Below, piece after piece: positions 1 through 11,920 of a stretch of DNA of 64,000 nucleotides. Location of the stretch: assembly GCA_964607485.1 (NCBI GenBank), contig CAZSKP010000008.1, positions 1 through 64,000 of the forward strand, read 5' to 3'. Below the pieces are notes generated by a model. The model searched no databases. It was given only the letters and a program-made list of their open reading frames with translations, and had not been told where the DNA came from. Position 1 is the first letter of the stretch. The number at the start of each line of letters is the position of its first letter. The DNA comes from an uncultured bacterium. Its GTDB lineage: Bacteria; Abyssobacteria; SURF-5. The position numbers were made by a program, and so were the translations under genes.

Positions 1-33
1 TCTCGTTGGATCGTATATGTGTATAATAGACAG
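1..33 (+). other. Degraded Nextera/Tn5 read-2 adapter remnant (assembly artefact)
   Basis: TCTCGTTGGATCGTATATGTGTATAATAGACAG matches TCTCGTGGGCTCGGAGATGTGTATAAGAGACAG at 28/33 positions. It lies at the contig end and interrupts the oxidase reading frame with TAA TAG. Confidence 0.85.
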
Positions 34-35
34 CC

Positions 36-1658
36 GTGGACCAGACCCTCCATTGGGCTAATCCGCCGGGTGGCAATGCCGGAAGGGATATGCGCGGCAC
101 CGACCCGAACCCCTATACGGGACCGGTTCCCATGATCACTCACGTTCATGGAGCCCACACGTATCAGGAAAGCGACGGCTATCCGGAAGCGTGGTACCTG
201 CCCGCAGCGAATAACATTCCCGCCGGCTACGCGACCACGGGCACGAAATATGACGACTTTGTGACTTCAGCCGTGTCTGCTGCCAACGGAGACAATTTGG
301 GAGCCCTCTGGACGCCAGGATCAGCCGTGTTTGAATATCCCAATGATCAGCGGGCCACGACGCTCTGGTACCACGATCATGCGCTGGGCATGACCCGCCT
401 GAATGTCTACGCGGGGCCTGCCGGCTTCTATCTCCTTCGTGGTGGTCCTGACGACATGGTGCTTGACGGCGCAACCGGGCTCCCGGCAATACTTCCACGG
501 CCAGCGCCGAGCGATTCGCCGGGAGGAAACAATGGGATGAAGATGTACTATGAAATCCCCATCGTAATTCAGGACCGGTCATTCAATACGGATGGCTCGC
601 TGGCCTATCCCGACAACCGAGCCTTCTTTGAAGGCCTCGCCCCGGAACAACTGCAAATCCCGTTCATCCCGGATGAAGCGTGTGACGGAATGGACAGTGA
701 CGTAGCGCCCATATGGAACCCGGAATTCTTCGGGGACACGATCGTGGTCAATGGAAAAACGTGGCCGTTCTTGAACGTGGAGCCGCGTCGCTATCGTCTC
801 CGTTTCCTGAATGGTTGCCAGGCCCGCTTCCTGATTCTGGCGTTCGACGATGCGAATGTGGACGTCTGGCAGATCGGAGCTGACGGCGGATTCCTGGCAG
901 CTCCGGTACACCGGGTGGATCCGATCCTGCTCGGTCCCGCCGAACGAGCCGACTGCATCGTCGATTTCTCGGCGTTTGCGCCCGGTGCCTCGATCATCCT
1001 TCTAAACGTCGCTCCGGATGAGCCGTTTGGCGGTGGCGATTTCGATCCGGCAGACCCGGCGACAACCGGACAGGTAATGCAATTCCGTGTCGTTGCGCCG
1101 GGGCCCGGCTCGCTAGCGGATAACTCCACTCCTCCCGCGCAGCTCTTGTTGCCGGGTTTCGCACCGCTTGTTCCCACGGTGACGAGACAGATATCGCTGA
1201 ACGAAGAGGAATCCAAGAGCGTCTTCGTTTCTGAAGATGCGGATGGGAATGTCGTCCTGGATTGCGCCGACGGTGAGGCGTTTGGGCCGACGGCTGCATT
1301 GCTGGGCACCGTCAATATGGATGGAACGGGTAATCCTTTGCTGTGGATGGATGCGGTCACGGAGAACCCGGCCGTGGGCGCTGTTGAAGAGTGGGAAATC
1401 CACAACTTCACGGCGGATGCTCATCCCATTCATATCCATCTTGTGCAATTCCAGATCGTGAATCGCCAGCCTTTCGGTGGAACGGCCTACTTGCCGGGAC
1501 CTGAGGAGGACGGTTTCAAAGACACTGTCATCGCCTATCCGGGCGAGATCACCCGAGTCAAGGCCAGGTTCGACATCGCGGGCCTCTTCGTGTGGCACTG
1601 CCATATTCTCGAACATGAGGACAATGAGATGATGCGGCCGTATCGTGTTGGTCCGTAA
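36..1658 (+). CDS. Multicopper oxidase, CotA/bilirubin oxidase-like (5'-truncated)
   Basis: Copper-binding motifs HVHG, WYHDH, HPIHIH and HCHILEHED..M. The ORF begins mid-domain (VDQTLHWANP) right after the adapter. Confidence 0.92.
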   Translation: MDQTLHWANPPGGNAGRDMRGTDPNPYTGPVPMITHVHGAHTYQESDGYPEAWYLPAANNIPAGYATTGTKYDDFVTSAVSAANGDNLGALWTPGSAVFEYPNDQRATTLWYHDHALGMTRLNVYAGPAGFYLLRGGPDDMVLDGATGLPAILPRPAPSDSPGGNNGMKMYYEIPIVIQDRSFNTDGSLAYPDNRAFFEGLAPEQLQIPFIPDEACDGMDSDVAPIWNPEFFGDTIVVNGKTWPFLNVEPRRYRLRFLNGCQARFLILAFDDANVDVWQIGADGGFLAAPVHRVDPILLGPAERADCIVDFSAFAPGASIILLNVAPDEPFGGGDFDPADPATTGQVMQFRVVAPGPGSLADNSTPPAQLLLPGFAPLVPTVTRQISLNEEESKSVFVSEDADGNVVLDCADGEAFGPTAALLGTVNMDGTGNPLLWMDAVTENPAVGAVEEWEIHNFTADAHPIHIHLVQFQIVNRQPFGGTAYLPGPEEDGFKDTVIAYPGEITRVKARFDIAGLFVWHCHILEHEDNEMMRPYRVGP

Positions 1659-1712
1659 GAACTGCAAGTAGAATCGGCTTCGGATTAAGTGTGGAGATCG
1701 CACGAATTGACG

Positions 1713-1750
1713 GAAGGGCAGGGCCCGCGAAGGCCCTGCCCTTCTTGATT
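1713..1750 (+). terminator. Intrinsic terminator hairpin
   Basis: 13-bp perfect stem GAAGGGCAGGGCC / GGCCCTGCCCTTC with a 6-nt loop and a short T-rich tail, downstream of the oxidase. Confidence 0.75.
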
Positions 1751-2005
1751 GCGCGCCCGCGCTGAACGCGCCTCAGAAAAGTGGTCGAGAGTCACACCCT
1801 TCTCCGGTGCTGGGAAGGGCACGTCCCACCCATCCGATCATTCAAGTATCGCTTCTGGTGAGTCAACATTCCGTTTTCTATTCCGCACTGATTCTCCGCT
1901 TCAAAACTTGCGTCCCGATCTAGTGCGTAGTCGTTCTCACCAAACCATTCTCTTGATTAATTTCTCTGGTGTGAGTAATATGAGCCGCAGCAGATTACCT
2001 GCGGT

Positions 2006-4408
2006 TTGTCATGGAAGTTCAACAAAAACCCGGAGCAGACAATGTCTGTCGAAAATCCCTTCTGGAACACATATGATCCTTTGGGAATGAATCGGATAGT
2101 TCGCTTTCCAGAGTTGTACGAAATCCGCATCTCGGTTTTTGCTCCTGAACAAGGGGCGTATGCTTCCAAATTCTATCACCTTGAGCACCTGGGCGACGCG
2201 GGGAACGTATTACGCGCCAACTCACATTCGGCAAATTGTTCGTACGCCTCCGCTGAGTTTTCTTTCGCCGGATTCATTTTCGGAGTTGAATATGTCGCTG
2301 CAGACAACGGCTCATTGACCTGTTATGTAACCCCCATCTCGGTGGCGGATCCATTCACGATGGTCCTCGTGGAAGTTCTTCAGGCATGGGAATTGGGAGG
2401 AATCGTTAAGCTCGAAGAAGACCACACGATATCATTTCCGAGTTCTCCCGGCGGAAGAATCCTCGTTGAGGCCGTGCAAGAGAACTGTTCGGTTTATAAT
2501 CCCGGTGCTCCAATCACAGGCGGAGTGTATGTATCTGAGGAAGAATTTCTGAAATCTCTTTCTCAGTCAAAGACGCTCAATGGGGCCTGCGGTGAAGGCG
2601 GTTTCGCGGCAATAGGCTTCAACGCAAGGATTCCGCTGAAGATAGCGGCACGGTCGGAAGATCTCTCCAAGGATGCGTCATTGAGCAAGGCTGCGCCAAT
2701 TGAAATCAAGAACCGGATTCGGAAGGCAAAGGAAGACCATGACAACAGCTCGCCGTCAATTCACGGTGGACCCTTCGAGGGATGCCACCGCGCCGGTGCC
2801 TCTGTGATGAACTGGATGACGGTTTGGGATCAGCTCCACGGGATTCCGTATGCCCCCGTCAGCCGTGCATGGGTTGACAACTACATGGTCAGGATTGGAT
2901 TCGACAAGTCTGTCCGCGGACCACTCACAGGTCTTTGGGATAGCTTTTTTCATGCAATCATGCAATGCGTGAACGATCAGGCGCTTGCTGAAGGCAATCT
3001 CCATGTGGTATTGGGAGACCATGCGCTAATGAAGGAGGGATATCCAACAAATTACATGGTTTCGAATTTTCTGTCTGGCGACCGCAGTCAACCTCCCCTT
3101 GGAGCCCTTGCTGCATGGAAGCTGTATCGTCGATTCGGAAACTCCGAACTGCTCGAATGGATATATCCGCGCCTGAAGCGTTGGCGACAATGGTGGAAAA
3201 CCAGGAGAGACGGAAACTCCGATGGCCTGTTAGAGTGGGGCTCCAACATAGAAACCGACAAACCGGGCAACGATGCTGGAACCCTGTTTGCAGCCAAATG
3301 CGAGTCGGGCATGGACAATAGTCCTCTATATGACGATGCAGAATTCGACCAGACAATCGGCACCATGAATCTCTCCGATGTCGGGCTTAATGCGCTTTTC
3401 GCGGCCGATGCGATGTACCTCGCCAAGATAGCGGGCGTTTTGGGGAAAACAACCGAAAAGGAAGCCTTGGAGAATGAGCATCTGGAACTGGCGGAAAGAA
3501 TAGACGCCGAGCTTTGGAATGAAGAAGCCGAGGCCTATTTGGATAGGTACTGGAACTGCGATTTCTCATCCAGGATGGGACCGACCATGTTTTATCCGCT
3601 GTTGGCAAAAATTCCGAACGCAGAGCGCGCGGCAAAGCTTGTGAAACGGCACTTGCTTAATGAAGAGGAGTTCTGGGGCGAGTTCGTGATACCCACTATT
3701 AGCCGCAACGATCCTGCCTTCAGGGACCAGCTCTATTGGAGAGGGCGTATATGGCCTCCCGTGAATTATCTGGTATATCTGGGATTAAGAGCAAACGGAT
3801 TCGATGATGTGGCACACCAGCTTGCGTGTCGCAGCGTTCGGCTTTTCATGCACGAATGGAAGCTGAGAGGGCATTGCCACGAGAACTATAATGCTACAAC
3901 CGGTGAAGCCGATGACGTGCCGGTCCCTTCTTCGCCGGGGTCCAACGGCTCCGATAGATTCTATCCATGGGGAGCTCTGTTGGCGTTGATGGGGATTGAG
4001 GAATTGTTTGATGTTGAGACGGAAGAAGGGATTAGGTTCGGATGTAGATTTCTGGAGGAGAGGACACAACTGTCAAATGTTCCTTATGGCGATGGAGTAT
4101 ACACGGTTGTTGCTTCATCCGAAGAAACGGTTGCATTGAGGAGTAACCAAGAGTTCTTCTTCTCCGCTCCGGGAGCCAATGTGGGGAATTATGCTTCGAG
4201 AGACGACAATGTAGAGTTTACGGTATCTGGAAACGGCAAGACGGCTTTCAGGATTTCCGAGTTCGCCCCATCCTGTGAAATCACAATCCAGCATGAGGGG
4301 AGTAATCCGCGCCGTACACGATCGGATGAACATGGAACCGTCTCGTTTGATCTGGTAATTTCCGAAGTCAGCACGAGAGTAGTTATCACCGGAAAACTTA
4401 AGACCTAA
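2006..4408 (+). CDS. MGH1/GH63-like (alpha/alpha)6 glycoside hydrolase
   Basis: Motifs LWDSFF, SQPPL, ESGMDNSPLYD, YWRGRIWPPVNY and HENYNA; 800 aa. Confidence 0.85.
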   Translation: MSWKFNKNPEQTMSVENPFWNTYDPLGMNRIVRFPELYEIRISVFAPEQGAYASKFYHLEHLGDAGNVLRANSHSANCSYASAEFSFAGFIFGVEYVAADNGSLTCYVTPISVADPFTMVLVEVLQAWELGGIVKLEEDHTISFPSSPGGRILVEAVQENCSVYNPGAPITGGVYVSEEEFLKSLSQSKTLNGACGEGGFAAIGFNARIPLKIAARSEDLSKDASLSKAAPIEIKNRIRKAKEDHDNSSPSIHGGPFEGCHRAGASVMNWMTVWDQLHGIPYAPVSRAWVDNYMVRIGFDKSVRGPLTGLWDSFFHAIMQCVNDQALAEGNLHVVLGDHALMKEGYPTNYMVSNFLSGDRSQPPLGALAAWKLYRRFGNSELLEWIYPRLKRWRQWWKTRRDGNSDGLLEWGSNIETDKPGNDAGTLFAAKCESGMDNSPLYDDAEFDQTIGTMNLSDVGLNALFAADAMYLAKIAGVLGKTTEKEALENEHLELAERIDAELWNEEAEAYLDRYWNCDFSSRMGPTMFYPLLAKIPNAERAAKLVKRHLLNEEEFWGEFVIPTISRNDPAFRDQLYWRGRIWPPVNYLVYLGLRANGFDDVAHQLACRSVRLFMHEWKLRGHCHENYNATTGEADDVPVPSSPGSNGSDRFYPWGALLALMGIEELFDVETEEGIRFGCRFLEERTQLSNVPYGDGVYTVVASSEETVALRSNQEFFFSAPGANVGNYASRDDNVEFTVSGNGKTAFRISEFAPSCEITIQHEGSNPRRTRSDEHGTVSFDLVISEVSTRVVITGKLKT

Positions 4409-4485
4409 CTGCAAGAAGGACGTGATTCTCCGCCTCCAAGGGGAAAGAATACCGCTCTTTTCAGACCAGACCTTCACACCGCGCA

Positions 4486-4545
4486 TTCGTGTAATTCGTC
4501 GTTTACACCGTTCTTCCTCTTTGTGTTCTTGGCGTCTTTGCGGTG
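4486..4545. repeat. Right half-copies of periodic (8-10 nt unit) palindromic repeats
   Basis: ATTCGTGTAATTCGTCG and CTTTGTGTTCTTGGCGTCTTTGCGGTG, between convergent genes; same type as 43708-43735. Confidence 0.6.
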
Positions 4546-4581
4546 GATAGTCTCGTTTGAAGGGGGCGGGGGGGAAAGGGC

Positions 4582-5896
<1,315 letters not shown>

Positions 5897-5925
<29 letters not shown>

Positions 5926-7990
5926 CTGTCGAATTCTCCCTTCTCAAGGGATGATACTTGGCCGGACCCACCGGCAGCGTGATGGTGCACGTCGTTCCCA
6001 TGCCCTGCTTGCTCTGTATCTCGATCGTCCCGCCGTGCATCTCGATGATATGGAGCGAGATGGGCAGGCCCAGTCCGGTCCCCTTCTCTTTGCTCGTGTA
6101 GAAGACCTCGAATACCTTGTTGAGGTCCTTCTCGGGAAATCCCGTGCCGGAATCCGCAATTGTCAGGATAACCCGCTTCTGTTTCACCTGCGTCGAAATG
6201 TTCAGCCGTCCGCCGCCGGGCATCGCCTCTATCGAGTTCTGAACGACGTTTATGAGCGCCTGCTTCATCTTCTCCGCGTCGAGCGAGAGCAGAGGCAGGT
6301 CATCCACGTATTCACGGTCGAGCGTTATCGCGTTCTGGGACATCCGCGCGTGGAAAAGCGCGAACACGTCGTCGAGTATTCGATGAAGCTTGGTGGGATG
6401 ACATTCGAGGTTCAGCGGCTTCGCGAAGTAGAGGAACTCGGTGACGAGGTTGTCGAGCCGCGACACTTCTTCGCGGACGATGTTGATCAGTTGCAGCGAT
6501 TCCCCCTCCGAGTATTTCGAGCCGTCGCGTATGCGCCTCTCCAGCAGCAGAAGCTGGAGGTTGGCCGAGTTCAGAGGGTTCCGTATCTCGTGGGCGAGTC
6601 CGGCGGTGAAGGTGCCGACGGACGCGAGTTTCTCCGTCTGAACGAGCTGCCGCTCCAGCAGCCGTCTCTCGGTGACGTCGCGCAGGAAGCTCTGGCACAC
6701 CTTTCGACCCGAGTACTCTATGAGACTGGCGCTTATATCGACCAGCCCGACCGAGCCGTCTTTTCTCAGCATGGGCGCATCGTCGAAGCTGGCCGACCCC
6801 TCGGAGGCGATCTGGGCGAGGCGCTTGTCCACCCTCGCCGCATCCCGGGGAAGGTGAATGTCTCTCATGCTCATCTGAAGCAGTTCGGCCCGGCTATAGC
6901 CGGTCAGCTCCTCGGCCTTTCGATTGACGTCGAGGAAGCGGCCGTCGCCGGGGTCGATGATGAAGATGGCGTCGTTCGCGCCCTCGAACAGCGATATGTA
7001 TTCGTCGGCCTTTCTCTGAAAACGGGTTCGGCTCTCGGCCAGTTCCTTCGCGCTCATCTCCACCTTGCGCCTCAGCCTGCGGTTCACCATCCAGCCCGCG
7101 AACCCGAGCGCGGAGACGACTATGCCCAGCACCCACAAGATGAGGAAGGTCATCGGCGAGCTCTTTCTCAGGTCCTCACCGAACCAGACCTTGAAAATCC
7201 GGTCGTATTCGCCGCTTTGCTTGACGGCGGTCAGCGCCTTATCCAGCCGGGAAACCAGCTCGTGGTTCCCTTCTTGTACGGCGATGCAGTAGCCCACCTG
7301 GTGTATCGGGGAGCCGACAATCCTGATGTTCTGAAGGCGGAGCCTCTTGATCAGGTATTGTCCGGTCAGTTGGCTCCCGGCAAAGGCCGCCACGTCGCCC
7401 CGCTCGAGCATCCTGAGCGCGTTCTCATACGACTCGTTGGCGACTATGTGTACCCGCTTCCCTCTCTGCAGAACCTCCCCTATGTAATCGCCTTGAGCGA
7501 CGGCGACCGTTCGCCCCTCCAAATCGACGGTGCTGTTTATGTCCGTCGTGTCGTCCCTGACGAAAATGACGTCGGATATCGTGCATATCGGGCTGGTGAA
7601 ATCGAATTGGTCGTCGCGCTCGATGCTGTAGGCGACTCCCAGAACGCCATCGATGACTCCTCGGCGAAGCTCCGCAAGCCCCTCCATCTTGCTCAATTGA
7701 CGATATTCGACCCTCACTCCCATCTGCTTTGCCAACGCGTTGAGAATCTCCACGTCGAAACCTTCGAATCTGCCTTCGAGCCGGTTGTAATATTCGTAGG
7801 GAGGATAGTCCGAGTGTGAAGCGATTATGAGCGTTTTCTCATTGGTCTGGGGCGGATGATTGGCTTCCTGAGCGGTCGAGGCCGCCGATGGACAGAAGGC
7901 AAGAAACACGAGTGCGAAAAACAGGAGAGCAGCCTTCCGCGCCGGTGAGAGCATAAGCAGGAACTCACATATCCTCAAAACAGACTTCAT
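5897..7990 (-). CDS. Sensor histidine kinase: periplasmic family-3 solute-binding domain, TM, PAS, HisKA, HATPase
   Basis: DYPPYEY..GFDVE sensor domain, PAS, LAHEIRNPL, NSIEAM and GTGLGL. Overlaps its cognate regulator. Confidence 0.92.
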
Positions 7991-8064
7991 CTTACAGCAC
8001 CCATTTTACCATAGGGTTTCAGACTCAGTCAACCGACTTCAGGCCGCTGTGTCGGCGTTGCACG

Positions 8065-8093
8065 TTGACTTTTGATGCATATCAAGCTAAAAT
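8065..8093 (+). promoter_or_regulatory. Sigma70 promoter with a perfect FNR-type palindrome in the spacer
   Basis: TTGACT-17-TAAAAT, with TTGAT-GCAT-ATCAA at 8072-8085. Confidence 0.65.
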
Positions 8094-8136
8094 AATGCTC
8101 AATAGCAGACAAATCTCATGCGGAAGGGAGAGTCGA

Positions 8137-8595
8137 GTGGCTACTTTCGACATTTTTCGTGAGATGAGCAAATCGGAGATAAACCGTGTCATCGACTTGG
8201 GCATGATTCGTTCCATAGATAAGGGAAAGCTGTTGTTTCGCAAGGGCGATGTGGGCCACGAGATGTACATCCTGTTGAAGGGAACGATCAACATCATCGA
8301 CGAATACGATACGCATAAGAAAATTCTGGCCGAATTGGGACCGGGCGAGATTTTCGGAGAGATGGCCATGTTCGAGCAACACACGCGCTCGGCGCACGCC
8401 TTGGCCAAGGAGCCGTCTCAAATTGTCGTGCTCAGCGAGGACGTGTTGAAGAAGCTGCTCGAGAAGAAGGTGCCCAAGAAATTCCTTGCGAATATCATCA
8501 CCGTGCTCTGTCATCGTCTCAGACTCACGAACAGCATGTACATGCGCGCCAAATACGGCGACGGAATGTCGAAAGAAGTGAAGTGGCTGGGCTAG
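8137..8595 (+). CDS. Stand-alone cyclic-nucleotide-binding domain protein
   Basis: LFRKGDVG..MYILLKG..GEIFGEMA..RSAHA, with no HTH. GTG start after AAGGGAG. Confidence 0.85.
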   Translation: MATFDIFREMSKSEINRVIDLGMIRSIDKGKLLFRKGDVGHEMYILLKGTINIIDEYDTHKKILAELGPGEIFGEMAMFEQHTRSAHALAKEPSQIVVLSEDVLKKLLEKKVPKKFLANIITVLCHRLRLTNSMYMRAKYGDGMSKEVKWLG

Positions 8596-8651
8596 GCTCA
8601 CTTCATGAGTCCCGCACGATACTTTCAGGAAGTCGAAGCATGCCTTTCGAT

Positions 8652-8749
8652 GTCATCCTGAACGAAGGGCCGCAGGCCCAAGTGAAGGATCTCGGGTTTC
8701 AATGCAAGCCATTGCGCAATAATAGATTCTTCGCTGCGCTCAGAATGAC
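8652..8749. repeat. GTCAT...ATGAC composite palindromic repeat (CGTC-type REP-like)
   Basis: Outer arms GTCATCCTGAAC / GCTCAGAATGAC and inner arms GAAGGATCT / AGATTCTTC. Confidence 0.8.
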
Positions 8750-8877
8750 CGCCATTATCACAATCTCTGCTTGATGGTCATGGCATATCTCTTTGGAACG
8801 TCAAGACGGGGCGGCGCGCCGCCCCATTCCTCGGCCTGCTCTCTCCTCTCATTGCTCTCGCCGGTGAGTTTCCACAA

Positions 8878-8906
8878 TTGCAAGATAATAGAGGGTGTGT
8901 TATAAT
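8878..8906 (+). promoter_or_regulatory. Sigma70 promoter
   Basis: TTGCAA-17-TATAAT with an extended -10 TG. Confidence 0.6.
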
Positions 8907-8996
8907 CTTATGTAGAAACATAACGAGGTTATCCCCGCCCCAAAACGTCCACTCCACCCCAGCCGGAAACCTCGAGTGTGTGAGAAAGGCAGTAGG

Positions 8997-10211
8997 ATGA
9001 AAAAAATAAAAACGATTGTCCTCCTTCTCTTGTTTCTCCCCGTTCCTTTTGTAATCGCTCTGAGCAACCGAAGCTCAGCGAAGAATCACCAGATCGAGGA
9101 CCTCGAATATGCGCTCGGCAACGACGACGCCGACGTGCGTCTCGGCGCCGTCGTCTCCCTTATCGATTACGGCGAAGCGGCCGTGCCGAGCTTGAGGAAG
9201 GCTCTCAAGGACTCCGACCCCAAGGTCAAGGCGCAGGCCATACGCGCGCTGGGAAAAATCGGGGGGCAAGAGGCGGCCGACGCTCTCGCCGACACGTTCA
9301 CCGACCCCGACATGAATATGCGCGTCAGGGCGATCGTCGCGCTGACCCAGGTGGGAATGCCGGCCAAGCCACATGTGCTCAAGGCACTCGAAAACGACCC
9401 ATTCCCCCGAGCGAGGATGTTTGCGGCCAACGCGATGGCCAAGCTGGGTCGCCCGGGCGACGCTCCCGAAATCATGAAGAGGTTCGAGCGACAAGACGTG
9501 GCGACTCAAATGCACCTCGTGATCGCGCTCGTCAGAATAGGCGACGACGAGGCCTATGCCGGCCTCGCCCGCCTGATCGAGTCACCAAACCGGCTCATTC
9601 GCTTCTATGTCGTCAATACGATCACCGAGGAGGGCGTCTCAAAGAAGGCGCTGCCCATCCTCACCAAATCGCTCAAGGACGAGGCCGAGGAGGTTCGGAT
9701 ATGGGGGATATACGGCCTGCAAATGCTCAACCTTCCCGAATCCTATCCGGCCGTCCTCGACTCGCTGGACGATGACTATGCCTACGTTCGCAAAGAGGCG
9801 GCCTTTACGCTCGGCAACCTGGGCAATCCCGAAGCGGTGCCACACCTGATTTTATGCCTGAAAGATCCCCACTACCTCGTCAGGGGCGACGCCGCCGAAG
9901 CGCTCGGCATGCTGGGCGACCCGCAAGCGGTGTCTGTGCTGAAGCCACTCCTGAACGAGCCGGAACCGTCGGTGCAGATAAAAGCCGCCGAGGCTCTTGC
10001 GCGCCTGAACGATTTCAGCGGCATGGAAACGCTGATAGCGCAGGTGGGTTCGCCCGCCTATTTGTACAGGCAGGAGGCCAGTCGCCGACTGAAGGGCTTA
10101 ACCAACCAGGATTTCGGCCAGGACCGCCAGGCGTGGGCCGACTGGTGGAAACAGGCAAAGGACACCATCCAGCGGCAAGCCGCTCAGCAAGCCGAGGGAG
10201 CGAACGACTGA
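8997..10211 (+). CDS. HEAT-repeat (PBS-lyase-like) protein with N-terminal signal/anchor
   Basis: Repeated L.D.D..VR..AA.ALG units and a basic-hydrophobic N-terminus. Confidence 0.88.
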   Translation: MKKIKTIVLLLLFLPVPFVIALSNRSSAKNHQIEDLEYALGNDDADVRLGAVVSLIDYGEAAVPSLRKALKDSDPKVKAQAIRALGKIGGQEAADALADTFTDPDMNMRVRAIVALTQVGMPAKPHVLKALENDPFPRARMFAANAMAKLGRPGDAPEIMKRFERQDVATQMHLVIALVRIGDDEAYAGLARLIESPNRLIRFYVVNTITEEGVSKKALPILTKSLKDEAEEVRIWGIYGLQMLNLPESYPAVLDSLDDDYAYVRKEAAFTLGNLGNPEAVPHLILCLKDPHYLVRGDAAEALGMLGDPQAVSVLKPLLNEPEPSVQIKAAEALARLNDFSGMETLIAQVGSPAYLYRQEASRRLKGLTNQDFGQDRQAWADWWKQAKDTIQRQAAQQAEGAND

Positions 10212-10502
10212 GCGCAAGCCGTTTTATAAATTAATCTCAGCGCCTCCGAGGGAGAACCCGTCCTCTCGCCTAACCCCATCCTCTCCACCGGGCAGTAGTG
10301 CACTCTCCCGCTTTGACTTTCTGCGTAAAAATTGCATAGACTAAATCGCGCGCATTCGGGCTTCGGGTGCGTTCCCGTTTGGCAACATTTAGGGTATAAT
10401 ATCACTGTCATATATTTTTCGGAGAGGCAAAAGACGGAATAATCTTTTGAGCCGTCGCCGCTCAACCGCAACCGGGACCGTTTGTCCAGGGGGAACGCCA
10501 TC

Positions 10503-11399
10503 ATGCTATTCTTCAAGAAGAAGGAAGACGTCGCTCGCGTGTATCAGGGCCTGAGCTCCTCGCAGATGAAACACCTCAACAAGGCCGGAATTCAAGAATG
10601 GTTTGCGAAGGGGTCTCCCATATTCCGGAAAGGACAGACCGGCAAGGAACTGTTCATCATCGTGGACGGAGCGGTCCACATCGTGGACGATACGGTGGAC
10701 CCGCCGAAACGGATCGCCCTGCTGCGAGAGGGCGAGCTGTTCGGAGAGATGTCGTTGACCGCGAAGTCCACACGGCGTTCCACCAGGGAAGAATCCCTCC
10801 GCCGTTCCGCCTCCGCAATCGCGGCGAAGGACAGCACGATGTTCGTCGTGCATGAAGACGTGTTCCGCAACCTGCTCGACCGCGACCCCGGCCTTGCGTC
10901 GAAACTCCTGATGAACCTGTTCTACGTGACGGGCCGGCGTCTGCGCGAAACCATTCGGGGCAAAGTCATAGCCGAGGGCACGCCCATGCCCAAGCTCATC
11001 AGAGGGCTCAAGGACGCCGAGAAACGCAGGCTGCTGAAGTACAGCAACGTGATGCATGTGCCCCAGGGGCAACCGGTGTTCGTCGAGGGGCAGGCGGGCG
11101 AGGAGATGTTCTACATCCTCTCAGGCGTGATTGACATCGTGAAGAAGGAAGGCAATCAGCGCAGGCGGCTGGCCGTGATGGGCGAGGGAGACGTGTTCGG
11201 CGAGCTGGGCATGGTGACCAAGAAGGAGCGGATGGCCTCGGCGGTGGCGCGCTCCAATTCCGAGGTCCTCGCCATCAGCGAGAAGGGGCTCCTAAAACTG
11301 CGCGACAAGAACCCCGAAATCGCCACGAAGGTGTTCCTCAACCTGTTCAGAATCATCACGGCGCGAATGCGTTCGCTCATCAGCCCTATGGCCGTGTGA
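10503..11399 (+). CDS. Tandem cyclic-nucleotide-binding domain protein
   Basis: Two cNMP domains: GELFGEMS..RSASA and GDVFGELG..RMASA. Confidence 0.88.
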   Translation: MLFFKKKEDVARVYQGLSSSQMKHLNKAGIQEWFAKGSPIFRKGQTGKELFIIVDGAVHIVDDTVDPPKRIALLREGELFGEMSLTAKSTRRSTREESLRRSASAIAAKDSTMFVVHEDVFRNLLDRDPGLASKLLMNLFYVTGRRLRETIRGKVIAEGTPMPKLIRGLKDAEKRRLLKYSNVMHVPQGQPVFVEGQAGEEMFYILSGVIDIVKKEGNQRRRLAVMGEGDVFGELGMVTKKERMASAVARSNSEVLAISEKGLLKLRDKNPEIATKVFLNLFRIITARMRSLISPMAV

Positions 11400-11444
11400 G
11401 CGAAGCGGGGAACCCGCAGCGGCGAATCCGTCCGGCGTCCTGCC

Positions 11445-11669
11445 TCAGAAGCAGCCCAGTTGGCAACTGGAAATCTTTATCTTGAGTTGCGTCGCCGCGT
11501 CGCCGACCTTCTTCCTCGGCAGGCCCAGCTTTTCCGCGACGGCGAACATCTCGGCGCACGTGATCCTGTTCTCTTTCGCCCTCGAACGCAACGCGGCCTC
11601 GAGCTCCTTATTGTCGATGGTCTCCTTGCCCGTCACATTCCCGAACTTTTCCACTTCTTCATGCGTCAT
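11445..11669 (-). CDS. Small conserved hypothetical protein with C-terminal CQLGCF
   Basis: ITCAEMFAVAEKLG..KIKISSCQLGCF pattern typical of anaerobes; AGGAG RBS. Confidence 0.75.
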   Translation of the reverse strand: MTHEEVEKFGNVTGKETIDNKELEAALRSRAKENRITCAEMFAVAEKLGLPRKKVGDAATQLKIKISSCQLGCF

Positions 11670-11749
11670 CTTCTTTCTCCTTGAGCATTGCAGCCCCGAA
11701 GGGGGAAAATGCCACAGCGACGTACTCTCTCTTGCCGCAAAAGATCCCT

Positions 11750-11781
11750 TATCCGCAGATTGACACAGATTGACACAGATT
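11750..11781. repeat. Left half of periodic palindromic repeat (CAGATT family)
   Basis: TATCCGCAGATT GACACAGATT GACACAGATT; inverted relative to 12968-12998. Confidence 0.75.
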
Positions 11782-11920
11782 GAAAGACAAGAGCAGGACG
11801 AGTGATTAATTGTGGAAACTGGCGTTAAATCAAGGAGTCTTGGGGAGCTTTAAGATCCCCCTCCTACTTCTTGCAAAAGGGAATTTCCACACCACGCCTA
11901 CGCAATCAAACACCAGAGTT

